Shown here piece after piece: positions 46,582 through 55,667 of a DNA stretch of 57,197 nt. This DNA comes from Alphaproteobacteria bacterium (GTDB taxonomy: Bacteria; Pseudomonadota; Alphaproteobacteria; UBA7887). The notes under the pieces are model-generated. The model was not told the origin of the DNA, did no database searches, and saw nothing but the letters and a program-made list of their open reading frames with translations. Numbering within the stretch: the first letter of the stretch is position 1; each line of letters begins with the position of its first letter. The stretch lies in contig JAKZSU010000050.1 of assembly GCA_047517485.1 (NCBI GenBank), forward strand, positions 1 through 57,197, given 5' to 3'. The translations under genes were made by a program, and so were the position numbers.

Positions 46582-48189
46582 ATGACGCTTACGCAACTAC
46601 GACTTGCTGCCACGGCCGGCCTCTTGATCGCGGCCACGATACTTACTGCCTGCGATAAAACGCCCGATACATACGCGAATTATCGCGTCAGCTCGTCTTC
46701 CGCCGCACCAGCGGCGATGATTCACGCATCGATGGCGGACCACCCCAATCGCGAGCAATATCCCGCATTCGAGACGAGCCGGTTTCGCCGCGCCGACGAA
46801 GCGCCGGTCTCGACGTTCTCGGTCGACGTCGATACCGCCGCGTACAGCAATGTCCGTCGCATGCTGGTCGCCGGTCAGCTGCCGCCGCACGAAGCGGTGC
46901 GGGTCGAGGAGATGATCAATTATTTCGACTATGCCTACCCGACACCGGCGGATCCGTCGGTCCCGTTCGCCACCAGCGTCGCGGTGGTGCCGGCGCCGTG
47001 GAGCGAGCACAAATTGCTGCTCCACGTCGGCATAAAAGGCTACGAGACCGCGCCCGAGCAGCGCCCGCGCGCCAATCTGGTGCTTTTGATCGATGTTTCG
47101 GGCTCGATGTCGGGCCAAGGCCGGCTCGAACTGGTCAAGCAATCGTTCCGCCTCATGCTCAATCGGCTCGACGACCAAGATAGCGTCGCCATCGTCACCT
47201 ATGCCGGCCGCTCCGCGGTCGTGCTGGAGCCGACTCCGGCACACCAGCGCGCAAAAATCCTAAGCGTTCTGGGCTCTCTTCATTTCGGCGGGTAGACCGC
47301 CGGCGCGGCCGGGCTCGCCACCGCCTACCAACTTGCCCAACAAGAGTTCGATAGTGACGCAGTCAACCGGCTAATTTTGGCGACCGACGGCGATTTCAAT
47401 GTCGGGGTCTCCGATCCAAAAGCGCTCGAAAGAATGATCGCCGCCAAACGCAAAACCGGCATTTACCTTTCGGTCTTGACCGTCGGCCAAGGCAATCTTA
47501 ACGATCGCATCGCCCAGGCCTTGGCGCAGACCGGTAATGGCACCGCGGCGCACATCGACTCGCTGATGGAAGCCCGCAAGGTGCTCGACGACGAACTCGC
47601 GTCGACTCTCTTTCCGATCGCCAACGACGTGAAAATCCAGATCGAATTCAATCCGGCGCGGGTCGAGGCCTATCGGTTGATCGGCTATGAAACGCGCCTG
47701 CTGCGGCGCGACGATTTCGCCAACGATCGCATCGATGCCGGCGAGATCGGCAGTGGTCACGCGGTGACCGCGTTGTACAAAATCGTGCCGACAGAGGGCG
47801 GGCCGTGGCGCACCGAGCCCCTTCGCTATCAACCGGAAGCGGTCTTCATCGATCACGACGGGCAATCCGGCGAATATGCCTTCTTGAAAATTCGCTACAA
47901 GCGGCCGGGCCAATCCACCAGCCACCTCATTACCCGGCCGGTCGAGGATCTCGATCGCATCGACTCGCTCGACGCGGCCGGCATGGACGTCAAGTTCGCC
48001 GTCGCCGTCGCGGCTTTCGGATTGCGCCTGCGCGAAGATGCGGAACTGGCAGACCTGACTTATGCCAACATCGTTGCGATCGCCCAGCCGGCGCGCGGTG
48101 AAGACACCTATGGCTACCGCGCCGAGTTCATTCGCCTGGTACGGACCGCGGAAACCCTAACCGAAACCCAGATCAGCGATCGCCACTAA
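46582..48189 (+). pseudogene. YfbK-like VWA-domain lipoprotein interrupted by an in-frame TAG at 47293-47295
   Basis: Lipobox LTAC; STFSVDVDTAAY, VRVEEMINYF and MIDAS DVSGSM motifs. Reading continues in frame past GGG-TAG-ACC into TAG(A)...LILATDGDFNVG and a DUF3520-like C-terminus. Confidence 0.82.
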
Positions 48190-48261
48190 AGCATCGGCGA
48201 AAGCCCGGGCCCCGGTTCGATTTTATCTCGGGGGCTCGGGCCCGCTGGCCGCAAAGTTAGG

Positions 48262-48750
48262 TTACTCTCGCCACTGCCATTGGCCATGCCAGACGGTAAT
48301 CGTCTCCTGCGGCGCGAAGCCCGCGGCGTTCGACCATTCGCCGCCACCGGAGATATCGGCAAATTTGCCGGTGCCGCCGGAGAAATGCCAATCGCCGCCT
48401 TTCTGCGTGCCGGTCCAATGGATCCACCAATGATCGCCGTCCTTGGCGATGCCGGCGCAATAGCCCTGTCCGCCGAGGTTGACACCGGCGGCATCGAACG
48501 GGTGGCTGCCAAAACAATCGTACCGCGATTCATTGAGTATGCTCGCCGGATCGTCGGTATAGAACAGACCCCAGTCATGGAAGTTCACCAAGGTGTGACC
48601 GTTGGCGAGCGGCACCGAGTCGGTCGTTGTCGTGCTATAGGCGGTAAAACCGCGGCCGCTCTCGGAATGCGTTTCGACCGGCTGCGCGTGGGCGACGGCA
48701 CTGAACAACAAACCGCACAGCATGGCGGTCAAAAAAGCCAATCTTGGCAT
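48262..48750 (-). CDS. Exported beta-rich hypothetical protein (dirigent/AOC-like barrel possible)
   Basis: Signal peptide (AVAHA-Q); GGTGKFADISGGG motif; two Cys. Confidence 0.6.
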   Translation of the reverse strand: MPRLAFLTAMLCGLLFSAVAHAQPVETHSESGRGFTAYSTTTTDSVPLANGHTLVNFHDWGLFYTDDPASILNESRYDCFGSHPFDAAGVNLGGQGYCAGIAKDGDHWWIHWTGTQKGGDWHFSGGTGKFADISGGGEWSNAAGFAPQETITVWHGQWQWRE

Positions 48751-48837
48751 GGGATGTACTCTTGGATTGAGACGCGACGGCCGCGACGGTTCCCAAATGG
48801 TTCGGCCGCGACCGGATTACAAGAGCACTGACCCTCG

Positions 48838-49605
48838 TCAGGCGTTGCCGCCGCGCGCGACCTCGATTTCGCTGGTCGATGCCAACGCAAGAAGCCGGAA
48901 ATCGACCGCGATGGTGACGAACTGAAAGCCCTTGTCGATCTTGTGACGCGCCGAGGCGCCGTGCGGGCAATGAATGCCGGCGGCCACGTTATGGCGCTTC
49001 GCCGCCGCGAGAACGGTATCCACCGCCTCGATCACGTTCGCCGCGGTGGGTTCCGGATTAGGCGGATTGCCGAGGCTGATCGCCAAATCGTTGGGGCCGA
49101 TATAGATCGCGTCGAGCCCCTCGACCACCATGATCTCATCGACATTGGCGACCGCCTGCGCGGTTTCGATCATCGCCATGGTGACGATGGTGGTGTTGGC
49201 TTCGGCCGCATAGTCGGGGCCGCCGTAGAGCGCCGCCCGCGCCGGGCCGAAACTGCGATAGCCGGTCGGCGCATAGCGGCACGCGCCGACGAAACGCTCG
49301 CATTCCTCGGCAGTGTTGATCATCGGACAGATGATGCCGTAGGCGCCGGCGTCGAGCAGTTTCATGATCGCCGCCGGATCGTTCCACGGCACCCGGGCGA
49401 ACGGGGTCGGGCCGTATCCGGAAATCGCGCCCAGCATCGAGACGGCGTCGGGAAAATCGACCATGCCATGCTGGGTGTCGATGGTGATACTGTCATAGGG
49501 GGTCGCCGCCATGACCTCGGCGCTGAAGCTGCTCGGAATGCCGAGCCAGCCGTTGACCACAGCGCCGCCGTCGTTCCAGATCGTCCGAACTTTGTTTTCC
49601 CGCAT
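48838..49605 (-). CDS. HpcH/HpaI aldolase family protein
   Basis: IDTQHG, KLLDAGAYGIICPM, GYRSFG, MIET and IYIGPNDL motifs. Confidence 0.92.
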   Translation of the reverse strand: MRENKVRTIWNDGGAVVNGWLGIPSSFSAEVMAATPYDSITIDTQHGMVDFPDAVSMLGAISGYGPTPFARVPWNDPAAIMKLLDAGAYGIICPMINTAEECERFVGACRYAPTGYRSFGPARAALYGGPDYAAEANTTIVTMAMIETAQAVANVDEIMVVEGLDAIYIGPNDLAISLGNPPNPEPTAANVIEAVDTVLAAAKRHNVAAGIHCPHGASARHKIDKGFQFVTIAVDFRLLALASTSEIEVARGGNA

Positions 49606-49625
49606 GCCCTGCCTCCGATGCCGGT

Positions 49626-49835
49626 TTATTGATCGAGCGTAATTTCGCCGGTGATGGTTTCATCGAGATCGACCCCGGCGATCGTCACCCGGGCCTCGAC
49701 CGCCAGCGTTTCCGAGCCCGACAAGCGTCCGTCGGCCACCGCCGCGCGCACCGCCTGTTCGATCTCGCGTTGACTGGTGACGCCGACCGTCTTGAGAAAC
49801 TTGCGAATGCTCATATTGAATGCGTCTTCGTTCAT
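49626..49835 (-). CDS. DUF6494-like small protein
   Basis: MNEDAFNMSIRKFLKTVGVTSQREIE motif (recalled). Confidence 0.75.
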   Translation of the reverse strand: MNEDAFNMSIRKFLKTVGVTSQREIEQAVRAAVADGRLSGSETLAVEARVTIAGVDLDETITGEITLDQ

Positions 49836-49958
49836 CGCCCGTCTCCATCAACAAAAAGTGAATGCATTTTCCGGCGCCCGCGAACCGCCCGCCGACAGTT
49901 GGCGCGAGCGAATACGTGTGATAAGCCCTCGCGGTCCTGTCGGCAAGGAGGACCGGCC

Positions 49959-50591
49959 ATTTCAACACCCTGGAGGCTCGAGGGAATCGACCTCGCCTGC
50001 GTGCGCGGCGAACGCCTGGTGTTCGCGGGCGTGTCGTTCGCCGTCGCCGGCGGCGAGGCCTTGGTGTTGCGCGGCGCCAACGGCAGCGGCAAATCGACCT
50101 TGTTGCGGCTCATCGCCGGCCTGCTGCGACGCTCGGCGGGCAGCCTCACTTGGCGCGGCGCGGAGACTACCGAAGACCCCGAGCAATGGCACGCCGCGCT
50201 GCGTTTCGTCGGCCATCTCGACGCCGTCAAGCCGCTGTTCACGGTCGCCGAGAATCTCTCGTTCTGGGCCGCGATCGGCGGCGGAAAATCCGACAAATTG
50301 GCTCCGGCGTTGGCGCACTTCGGGCTGGCGACCCTGGCCGACGTCCCGGCGCGTTTTCTCTCCGCCGGCCAACGCCGCCGCCTCGGTCTCGCGCGGCTGA
50401 TCGCCGCCCCGGCGCCGGTCTGGCTGCTCGACGAGCCGACCGTCAGCCTCGATGCCGACTCGGTCGCGGCGCTTGGCCTTGCGATGGCAGAACACCGCGC
50501 CGGCGGCGGCTTGGTGATCGCCGCGACCCACGCCGATCTCGGCCTGGAAGCCGCGCAAACCCTCACTCTTGGCGCGGCGGGGGCGGCATGA
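49959..50591 (+). CDS. ccmA: Heme ABC exporter ATPase CcmA; apparent start at ATT 49959
   Basis: DLACVRG, GANGSGKST, LSAGQRRR, WLLDEP and ATH motifs. AAGGAGG lies 7 nt before an in-frame ATT, with no ATG/GTG nearby. Confidence 0.9.
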   Translation: MSTPWRLEGIDLACVRGERLVFAGVSFAVAGGEALVLRGANGSGKSTLLRLIAGLLRRSAGSLTWRGAETTEDPEQWHAALRFVGHLDAVKPLFTVAENLSFWAAIGGGKSDKLAPALAHFGLATLADVPARFLSAGQRRRLGLARLIAAPAPVWLLDEPTVSLDADSVAALGLAMAEHRAGGGLVIAATHADLGLEAAQTLTLGAAGAA

Positions 50592-51265
50592 GAACGATCC
50601 TCGCCGGCGCCTGGGAAATCCTCCGACGCGACGTGCGCCTGGCGCTCAGGAGCGCCGGCGACACGGTCGCCATGGTCACCTTTTTCGTCATCGCCATCGT
50701 GCTGTTCCCGCTCGCCGTCGGACCCGAGCTTGGGGTGCTGTCGCGCATCGCCTCCGGGGTGATCTGGGTCGCCGCGCTGCTCGCCGCGATGCTGTCGCTC
50801 GAGCGCCTGTTCCTCGCCGATCACGAGGACGGCAGCTTAGACCTTATCATACTCGCGCCGATCCCCCTCGAAGCGGTGGTGCTCGCCAAATGTCTGGCCC
50901 ACTGGCTGGTCACCGGGGTGCCGCTGATCGTCGCCGCGCCGCTGCTGGCGATCCTGATGAATTTGAGTTTCGACGGCTTCGCGACCCTGATTCTGGCGAT
51001 GGCGCTCGGCACGCCGACCTTGAGCCTGGTCGGCGCGATCGGCGCCGCCTTGACGGTCGGGGTGCGCCGGGGCGGGACACTCGTGCCATTGTTGGTCTTG
51101 CCCTTGGTCATCCCGGTGCTGATATTCGGGGTGGCCGCGATCGACGCCGCGGTGGCCGGCACGCCGGCCGACGGCGCCTTGATGGTACTCGGCGCGATGC
51201 TGCTGGCGGCGCTGGTTCTGGCGCCATGGGCGACCGCTGCCGCCTTGCGCCTGTCGACGGAATGA
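50588..51265 (+). CDS. ccmB: Heme exporter CcmB
   Basis: LFPLAVGP, DHEDGSLD, KCLAHWL and LVLPLVIPVLIFG motifs. Confidence 0.93.
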   Translation: MRTILAGAWEILRRDVRLALRSAGDTVAMVTFFVIAIVLFPLAVGPELGVLSRIASGVIWVAALLAAMLSLERLFLADHEDGSLDLIILAPIPLEAVVLAKCLAHWLVTGVPLIVAAPLLAILMNLSFDGFATLILAMALGTPTLSLVGAIGAALTVGVRRGGTLVPLLVLPLVIPVLIFGVAAIDAAVAGTPADGALMVLGAMLLAALVLAPWATAAALRLSTE

Positions 51266-51278
51266 GTTTAGGAAAGGG

Positions 51279-52046
51279 GTGATGGCTTCTTCTTTGCACC
51301 GCTTCGCCAATCCGGCCCGCTTCATGCGGCTCAGCCGGGTGGTCCTGCCCTGGGCCGCCGGGCTGACGCTGGTGCTGTTTCCGGTCGGCCTATGGCTCGC
51401 CCTGGTCGCCTCGCCGGCGGATTATCAGCAGGGCGACAGCGTGCGCATCATGTATGTCCACGTCCCCGCCGCGTGGATGGCGATGTTCGTTTACGGCGTG
51501 ATGGCGGCAGCCAGCGCGGTGGCGTTGATCTGGCGGCATCCGCTGGCCGACATCGCCGCCCGCGCCGCCTCGCCGATCGGCGCCGGGTTCACCTTCGTCG
51601 CGCTCGCCACCGGCGCGCTATGGGGGCAGCCGATGTGGGGCACCTGGTGGGTGTGGGACGCGCGGCTGACCTCGGTCCTCATCCTGTTCTTCCTTTATCT
51701 CGGCCACATGGCGATCTACGACGCCTTCGACGATCCGACCAAGGGCGCGCGCGCGGCGGCGATCCTCGCCCTGGTCGGCGCGATCAACGTGCCGATCATT
51801 CATTTTTCGGTCGACTGGTGGAATACGCTGCATCAGCCGGCCAGCGTGTTCCGCGGCGACGGACCGACGATCGCCGCCTCGATGCTGTGGCCGCTCGGCA
51901 TCATGGCCTTGGCGTTCAAGTCCTATTTCGTCACCATCCTGCTGGTGCGCATGGGCGCGGAAATCAACGCCGCCAAGATCCGCGGCCTGCGGCGCGCCCA
52001 AGCCGCGGACAGCGAGATCGGCTTGCGCGCGGAGACCAGCCGATGA
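51279..52046 (+). CDS. ccmC: Heme exporter CcmC
   Basis: RIMYVHVP, TGALWGQPMWGTWWVWDARLT (WWD motif) and VDWWNTLHQ. Confidence 0.96.
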   Translation: MMASSLHRFANPARFMRLSRVVLPWAAGLTLVLFPVGLWLALVASPADYQQGDSVRIMYVHVPAAWMAMFVYGVMAAASAVALIWRHPLADIAARAASPIGAGFTFVALATGALWGQPMWGTWWVWDARLTSVLILFFLYLGHMAIYDAFDDPTKGARAAAILALVGAINVPIIHFSVDWWNTLHQPASVFRGDGPTIAASMLWPLGIMALAFKSYFVTILLVRMGAEINAAKIRGLRRAQAADSEIGLRAETSR

Positions 52047-52222
52047 ACGGCGCCGACGGATATTTCGCCATGGGCGGTTATGCGACATACGTGTGGTCGG
52101 CCTACGCGGTCGCGGCGGCGGTCTTAATCGGTCTCGCCGCCTTTGCCATAATGCGCGCCCGCGCCCGCGGCGCCGAACTCGAGGCGCTGCAAACCACCCT
52201 CGGCCGCGAGCGCCGGCGATGA
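52043..52222 (+). CDS. ccmD: Heme exporter protein CcmD
   Basis: MGGYATYVWSAY, a single TM and a basic tail; sits between ccmC and ccmE with overlaps. Confidence 0.88.
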   Translation: MNGADGYFAMGGYATYVWSAYAVAAAVLIGLAAFAIMRARARGAELEALQTTLGRERRR

Positions 52223-52665
52223 CCCGCAAAAAACGTCGCCTCTACGCCGTGCTCGCCGGCATGACGGTGCTCGGCATCGCCGCCGCCCTGGTGCTCACCG
52301 CGTTCGAGGACAATCTGGTGTTTTTCTTCAGCCCGACCGAAATGCAGACTAAACAATTGGCGGAGGGCCAAGTGATCCGTGTCGGCGGCCTGGTGGAGAT
52401 GGAGAGCGTCGAACGGCTGGACGACGGCTTGACCGTCAGTTTCGTGTTGACCGACACCGCGAACACGTTACCGGTACGCTTCACCGGGGTGCTCCCCGAT
52501 CTGTTCCGCGAGGGCCAGGGGGTGGTCGCCGAGGGCTCGATGGGAGCTGATGGCGTGTTCGTCGCGCGTGACATTCTCGCCAAACATGACGAAAATTATA
52601 TGCCGCGCGAGGTCGCCGACGCGATCAAGGATGCCGGCCATTGGCAAGCGGAGGACGGCGAATGA
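52219..52665 (+). CDS. ccmE: Heme chaperone CcmE
   Basis: IRVGGLV, PDLFREGQGVVAEG and LAKHDENYMP motifs. Confidence 0.96.
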   Translation: MTRKKRRLYAVLAGMTVLGIAAALVLTAFEDNLVFFFSPTEMQTKQLAEGQVIRVGGLVEMESVERLDDGLTVSFVLTDTANTLPVRFTGVLPDLFREGQGVVAEGSMGADGVFVARDILAKHDENYMPREVADAIKDAGHWQAEDGE

Positions 52666-54653
52666 TCGTCGAGACCGGACATTTCATTCTCATCGTGGCG
52701 CTCGCGGTGGCGCTGGTCCAGGCCACCGTGCCATTGGTCGGCGCGCACCGCGGTAATCTGCAGTGGATGGCGATCGCGCGCCCCGCCGCGGCGGTGCAGT
52801 TCGTCGCCGTCGCCTGTGCCTTCGCGATCCTCACCCACGCCTTCGTGACCTCGGATTTTTCCGTCCTGGTGGTCGCCAACAATTCGCATTCGGCTAAGCC
52901 GATGCTCTACAAAATTAGCGGCGTGTGGGGCAACCACGAGGGCTCGCTGCTGCTCTGGGTGCTGATCCTCTCGCTGTTCGGCGCCGCGGTCGCGGCGTTC
53001 GGCGGCAATCTGCCACCCGCGCTTCGCGCCCGCGTGCTCAGCGTCCAGGCGATGATCGCGGTCGGCTTCCTGTGCTTCACCCTGTTCACCTCGAACCCGT
53101 TCGAGCGGATGTTTCCGGCGCCGCTGGACGGCGCCAGTCTCAACCCGTTATTGCAGGATCCCGGCCTGGCGTTTCACCCGCCGTTCCTCTATCTCGGCTA
53201 TGTCGGCTTCTCGATCACCTTCGCCTTCGCCATCGCCGCGCTGATCGAGGGCCGGGTCGACGCCGCCTGGGCGCGCTGGGTGCGGCCGTGGGCGCTGGCG
53301 GCGTGGAGTTTTCTCACCATCGGTATCGCTTTGGGAAGCTGGTGGGCGTATTACGAGCTCGGCTGGGGCGGCTGGTGGTTCTGGGATCCGGTGGAGAACG
53401 CCTCGTTCATGCCGTGGCTGGTGGGCACCGCGTTGCTGCATTCGTCGGTGGTCTGCGAAAAACGCGACGCGCTCAAGAGCTGGACGGTATTGCTCGCCAT
53501 CATCGCCTTTTCGTTCAGCCTGCTGGGAACCTTCATCGTGCGCTCGGGCGTGCTCACGTCGGTGCACGCCTTCGCCACCGATCCGACGCGCGGCATCTTC
53601 ATCCTGGCGTTCCTCGTCTTCGTCATCGGCGGCTCGCTGATCCTCTACGCGGTGCGCGCGCCGGCGCTCAAGGCCGGCGGCCTGTTCGCGCCGATCAGCC
53701 GCGAGGGCAGCCTGGTGCTCAACAATCTGTTGTTCGCCGCCGCCGCCGGCGTGGTGTTGCTCGGCACGCTCTATCCGCTGCTCATCGAGGCGCTCGATGC
53801 CGGCAAGGTGTCGGTCGGCGCGCCCTATTTCAACATGGTGTTCGTGCCGCTGATGACGCCGCTGATCATTCTCTCCGGCCTGACCCCGATGATGGCGTGG
53901 AAGCGCGCCGACCTGCCCGGCGTGTTCGGCCGCCTCAAGTGGGCGTTCTTCGCCGCCGTGATCATCGCCCTCGCGTCCTACGGCTATCATAGCGACGGCC
54001 CGCCCCTCGCGCCGTTCGGGATCTTGCTCGCCGCCTGGCTGGCATCGGCGATGGCGGTCGAATGGGCGACCCGCGTCAACTTATTCAGAACCTCGCCGGG
54101 CGACAGCCTGCGCCGCGCCCTAGGCTTGCCGCGCGCCGCCTATGGCATGAGCCTGGCGCATCTCGGTGCCGCGATGTTGGTCGCCGGGATCACCGCCTCG
54201 AGCGCGTGGAAAGTCGAGAGTTTCCAGGTCATGCGTCCAGGAGAGACCATCACCGTCGCCGGCTACGACTATCTGTTCGGCGGCATCGAGGACATCCAGG
54301 GGCCGAACTACCTTGCCCAGCGCGGCCACTTCACGGTGACCCGCGACGGTGACCCGATCGCCGAGCTGTGGCCCGAGAAACGCGATTATCCGGTATCGCA
54401 AATGCCGACCACCGAGGCCGCGATCCACACCACCTGGCTCGCCGATCTTTACACGGTGGTCGGCGACCCGGATGGCAAGGGCGGCTGGAGCACGCGGATC
54501 TATTACAATCCGCTAGTGCCCTGGATCTGGCTCGGCGCGGTGATCATGGCGCTCGGCGGCACCTTGTCGCTGTCCGATCGCCGCCATCGCGTCGGTGCGC
54601 CGTCGCGCCGTCGCCGCGCCTCGGCGAAACCGGCACCGCAAGCCGGCGCCTGA
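52662..54653 (+). CDS. ccmF: Heme lyase CcmF
   Basis: WGNHEGS, LNPLLQDP...HPP and WAYYELGWGGWWFWDPVENAS motifs. Confidence 0.97.
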   Translation: MIVETGHFILIVALAVALVQATVPLVGAHRGNLQWMAIARPAAAVQFVAVACAFAILTHAFVTSDFSVLVVANNSHSAKPMLYKISGVWGNHEGSLLLWVLILSLFGAAVAAFGGNLPPALRARVLSVQAMIAVGFLCFTLFTSNPFERMFPAPLDGASLNPLLQDPGLAFHPPFLYLGYVGFSITFAFAIAALIEGRVDAAWARWVRPWALAAWSFLTIGIALGSWWAYYELGWGGWWFWDPVENASFMPWLVGTALLHSSVVCEKRDALKSWTVLLAIIAFSFSLLGTFIVRSGVLTSVHAFATDPTRGIFILAFLVFVIGGSLILYAVRAPALKAGGLFAPISREGSLVLNNLLFAAAAGVVLLGTLYPLLIEALDAGKVSVGAPYFNMVFVPLMTPLIILSGLTPMMAWKRADLPGVFGRLKWAFFAAVIIALASYGYHSDGPPLAPFGILLAAWLASAMAVEWATRVNLFRTSPGDSLRRALGLPRAAYGMSLAHLGAAMLVAGITASSAWKVESFQVMRPGETITVAGYDYLFGGIEDIQGPNYLAQRGHFTVTRDGDPIAELWPEKRDYPVSQMPTTEAAIHTTWLADLYTVVGDPDGKGGWSTRIYYNPLVPWIWLGAVIMALGGTLSLSDRRHRVGAPSRRRRASAKPAPQAGA

Positions 54654-54654
54654 G

Positions 54655-55194
54655 ATGCAGTTGCGACGACTGCTCTACATCGTCCCGGCGCTCGCTTTCA
54701 TCTTGCTCGCGATGCTGCTCGCCTGGGGCCTGACCAACGACCCGTCGGAAGTGCCGACCGCCCTGCTCGACCAGAGCGTTCCAACTTTTGAACTCGCGGC
54801 GCTCGACTCGGCGACCCAAGGCCTCGCCACCAGCAACCTGCGCGCCGGCGAGATCAGCGTGATCAATGTCTGGGCGTCGTGGTGCGTGCCGTGCCGCGCC
54901 GAGCATCCCCGGCTCGAGGAAATCGCCCAAGTCGCGGGGGTCGCGCTCTACGGCATCGCCTACAAGGACACGCCCGAGGCGGCGCGCGCCTTTCTCGATG
55001 AACTCGGCGACCCGTTCCAACGCATTGGCGCCGATTTTGACGGCCGCGCGGGAATCGAGCTCGGCGTCTACGGTGTGCCCGAGACCTTTATTGTCGGCCC
55101 CGACGGGAGAATTCGCTACAAGCACATCGGCCCGATCTCGCCGCGCGACATGGACGTACAAATTCTCCCGCTGCTCGAGCAAATCCGGCAATGA
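54655..55194 (+). CDS. ccmG: Thiol:disulfide interchange protein CcmG/DsbE
   Basis: NVWASWCVPCRAEHP, YKD and GVYGVPETF motifs. Confidence 0.95.
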   Translation: MQLRRLLYIVPALAFILLAMLLAWGLTNDPSEVPTALLDQSVPTFELAALDSATQGLATSNLRAGEISVINVWASWCVPCRAEHPRLEEIAQVAGVALYGIAYKDTPEAARAFLDELGDPFQRIGADFDGRAGIELGVYGVPETFIVGPDGRIRYKHIGPISPRDMDVQILPLLEQIRQ

Positions 55195-55667
55195 CCCGCG
55201 CGCTGATCATCGCCGCCCTGGTCTTCATAGTGGGCGCCACGGCCGCCGTGGCGTTCGAGAACGACGTTGCCTTCGACGATCCGGCGATGGAAGCGCGCGC
55301 GGTCGATTTGGCCAAGGAGCTGCGCTGCCTGGTGTGCCAGAACCAGTCGATCATGGAGTCCGACGCGCCGCTGGCCCGCGACCTGCGGCAAATCGTCCGT
55401 GAACAGGTCGCGGCGGGCCGGAGCAACGACGAAATCAAGGAGTACGTCGTCGCCCGCTATGGCGATTTCGTGCTATTGCGCCCGCCGTTCAAGCCCAAGA
55501 CCTGGGTGCTGTGGTTCGGCCCGCCGTTGATGGTCGGCGGCGCGCTGATCTGCCTTTTCGTGTTCTGGCGGCGGCGCTCGACCGCCCCGGCGGCAGCCGC
55601 GCAGGGACTCAGTGCCGAGGAACGCAAGCGCCTCGACCGGTTGCTTGGAGACGGGCGCGAAGGATGA
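55191..55667 (+). CDS. ccmH: Cytochrome c biogenesis protein CcmH
   Basis: LRCLVCQNQSI and RYGDFVLLRPP motifs. Confidence 0.95.
   Translation: MTRALIIAALVFIVGATAAVAFENDVAFDDPAMEARAVDLAKELRCLVCQNQSIMESDAPLARDLRQIVREQVAAGRSNDEIKEYVVARYGDFVLLRPPFKPKTWVLWFGPPLMVGGALICLFVFWRRRSTAPAAAAQGLSAEERKRLDRLLGDGREG

Noticed and set aside
47293-47295. Genome-wide amber recoding or pyrrolysine
   Set aside because: TAG terminates several intact genes in the window, and there is no pyl gene or suppressor tRNA here.
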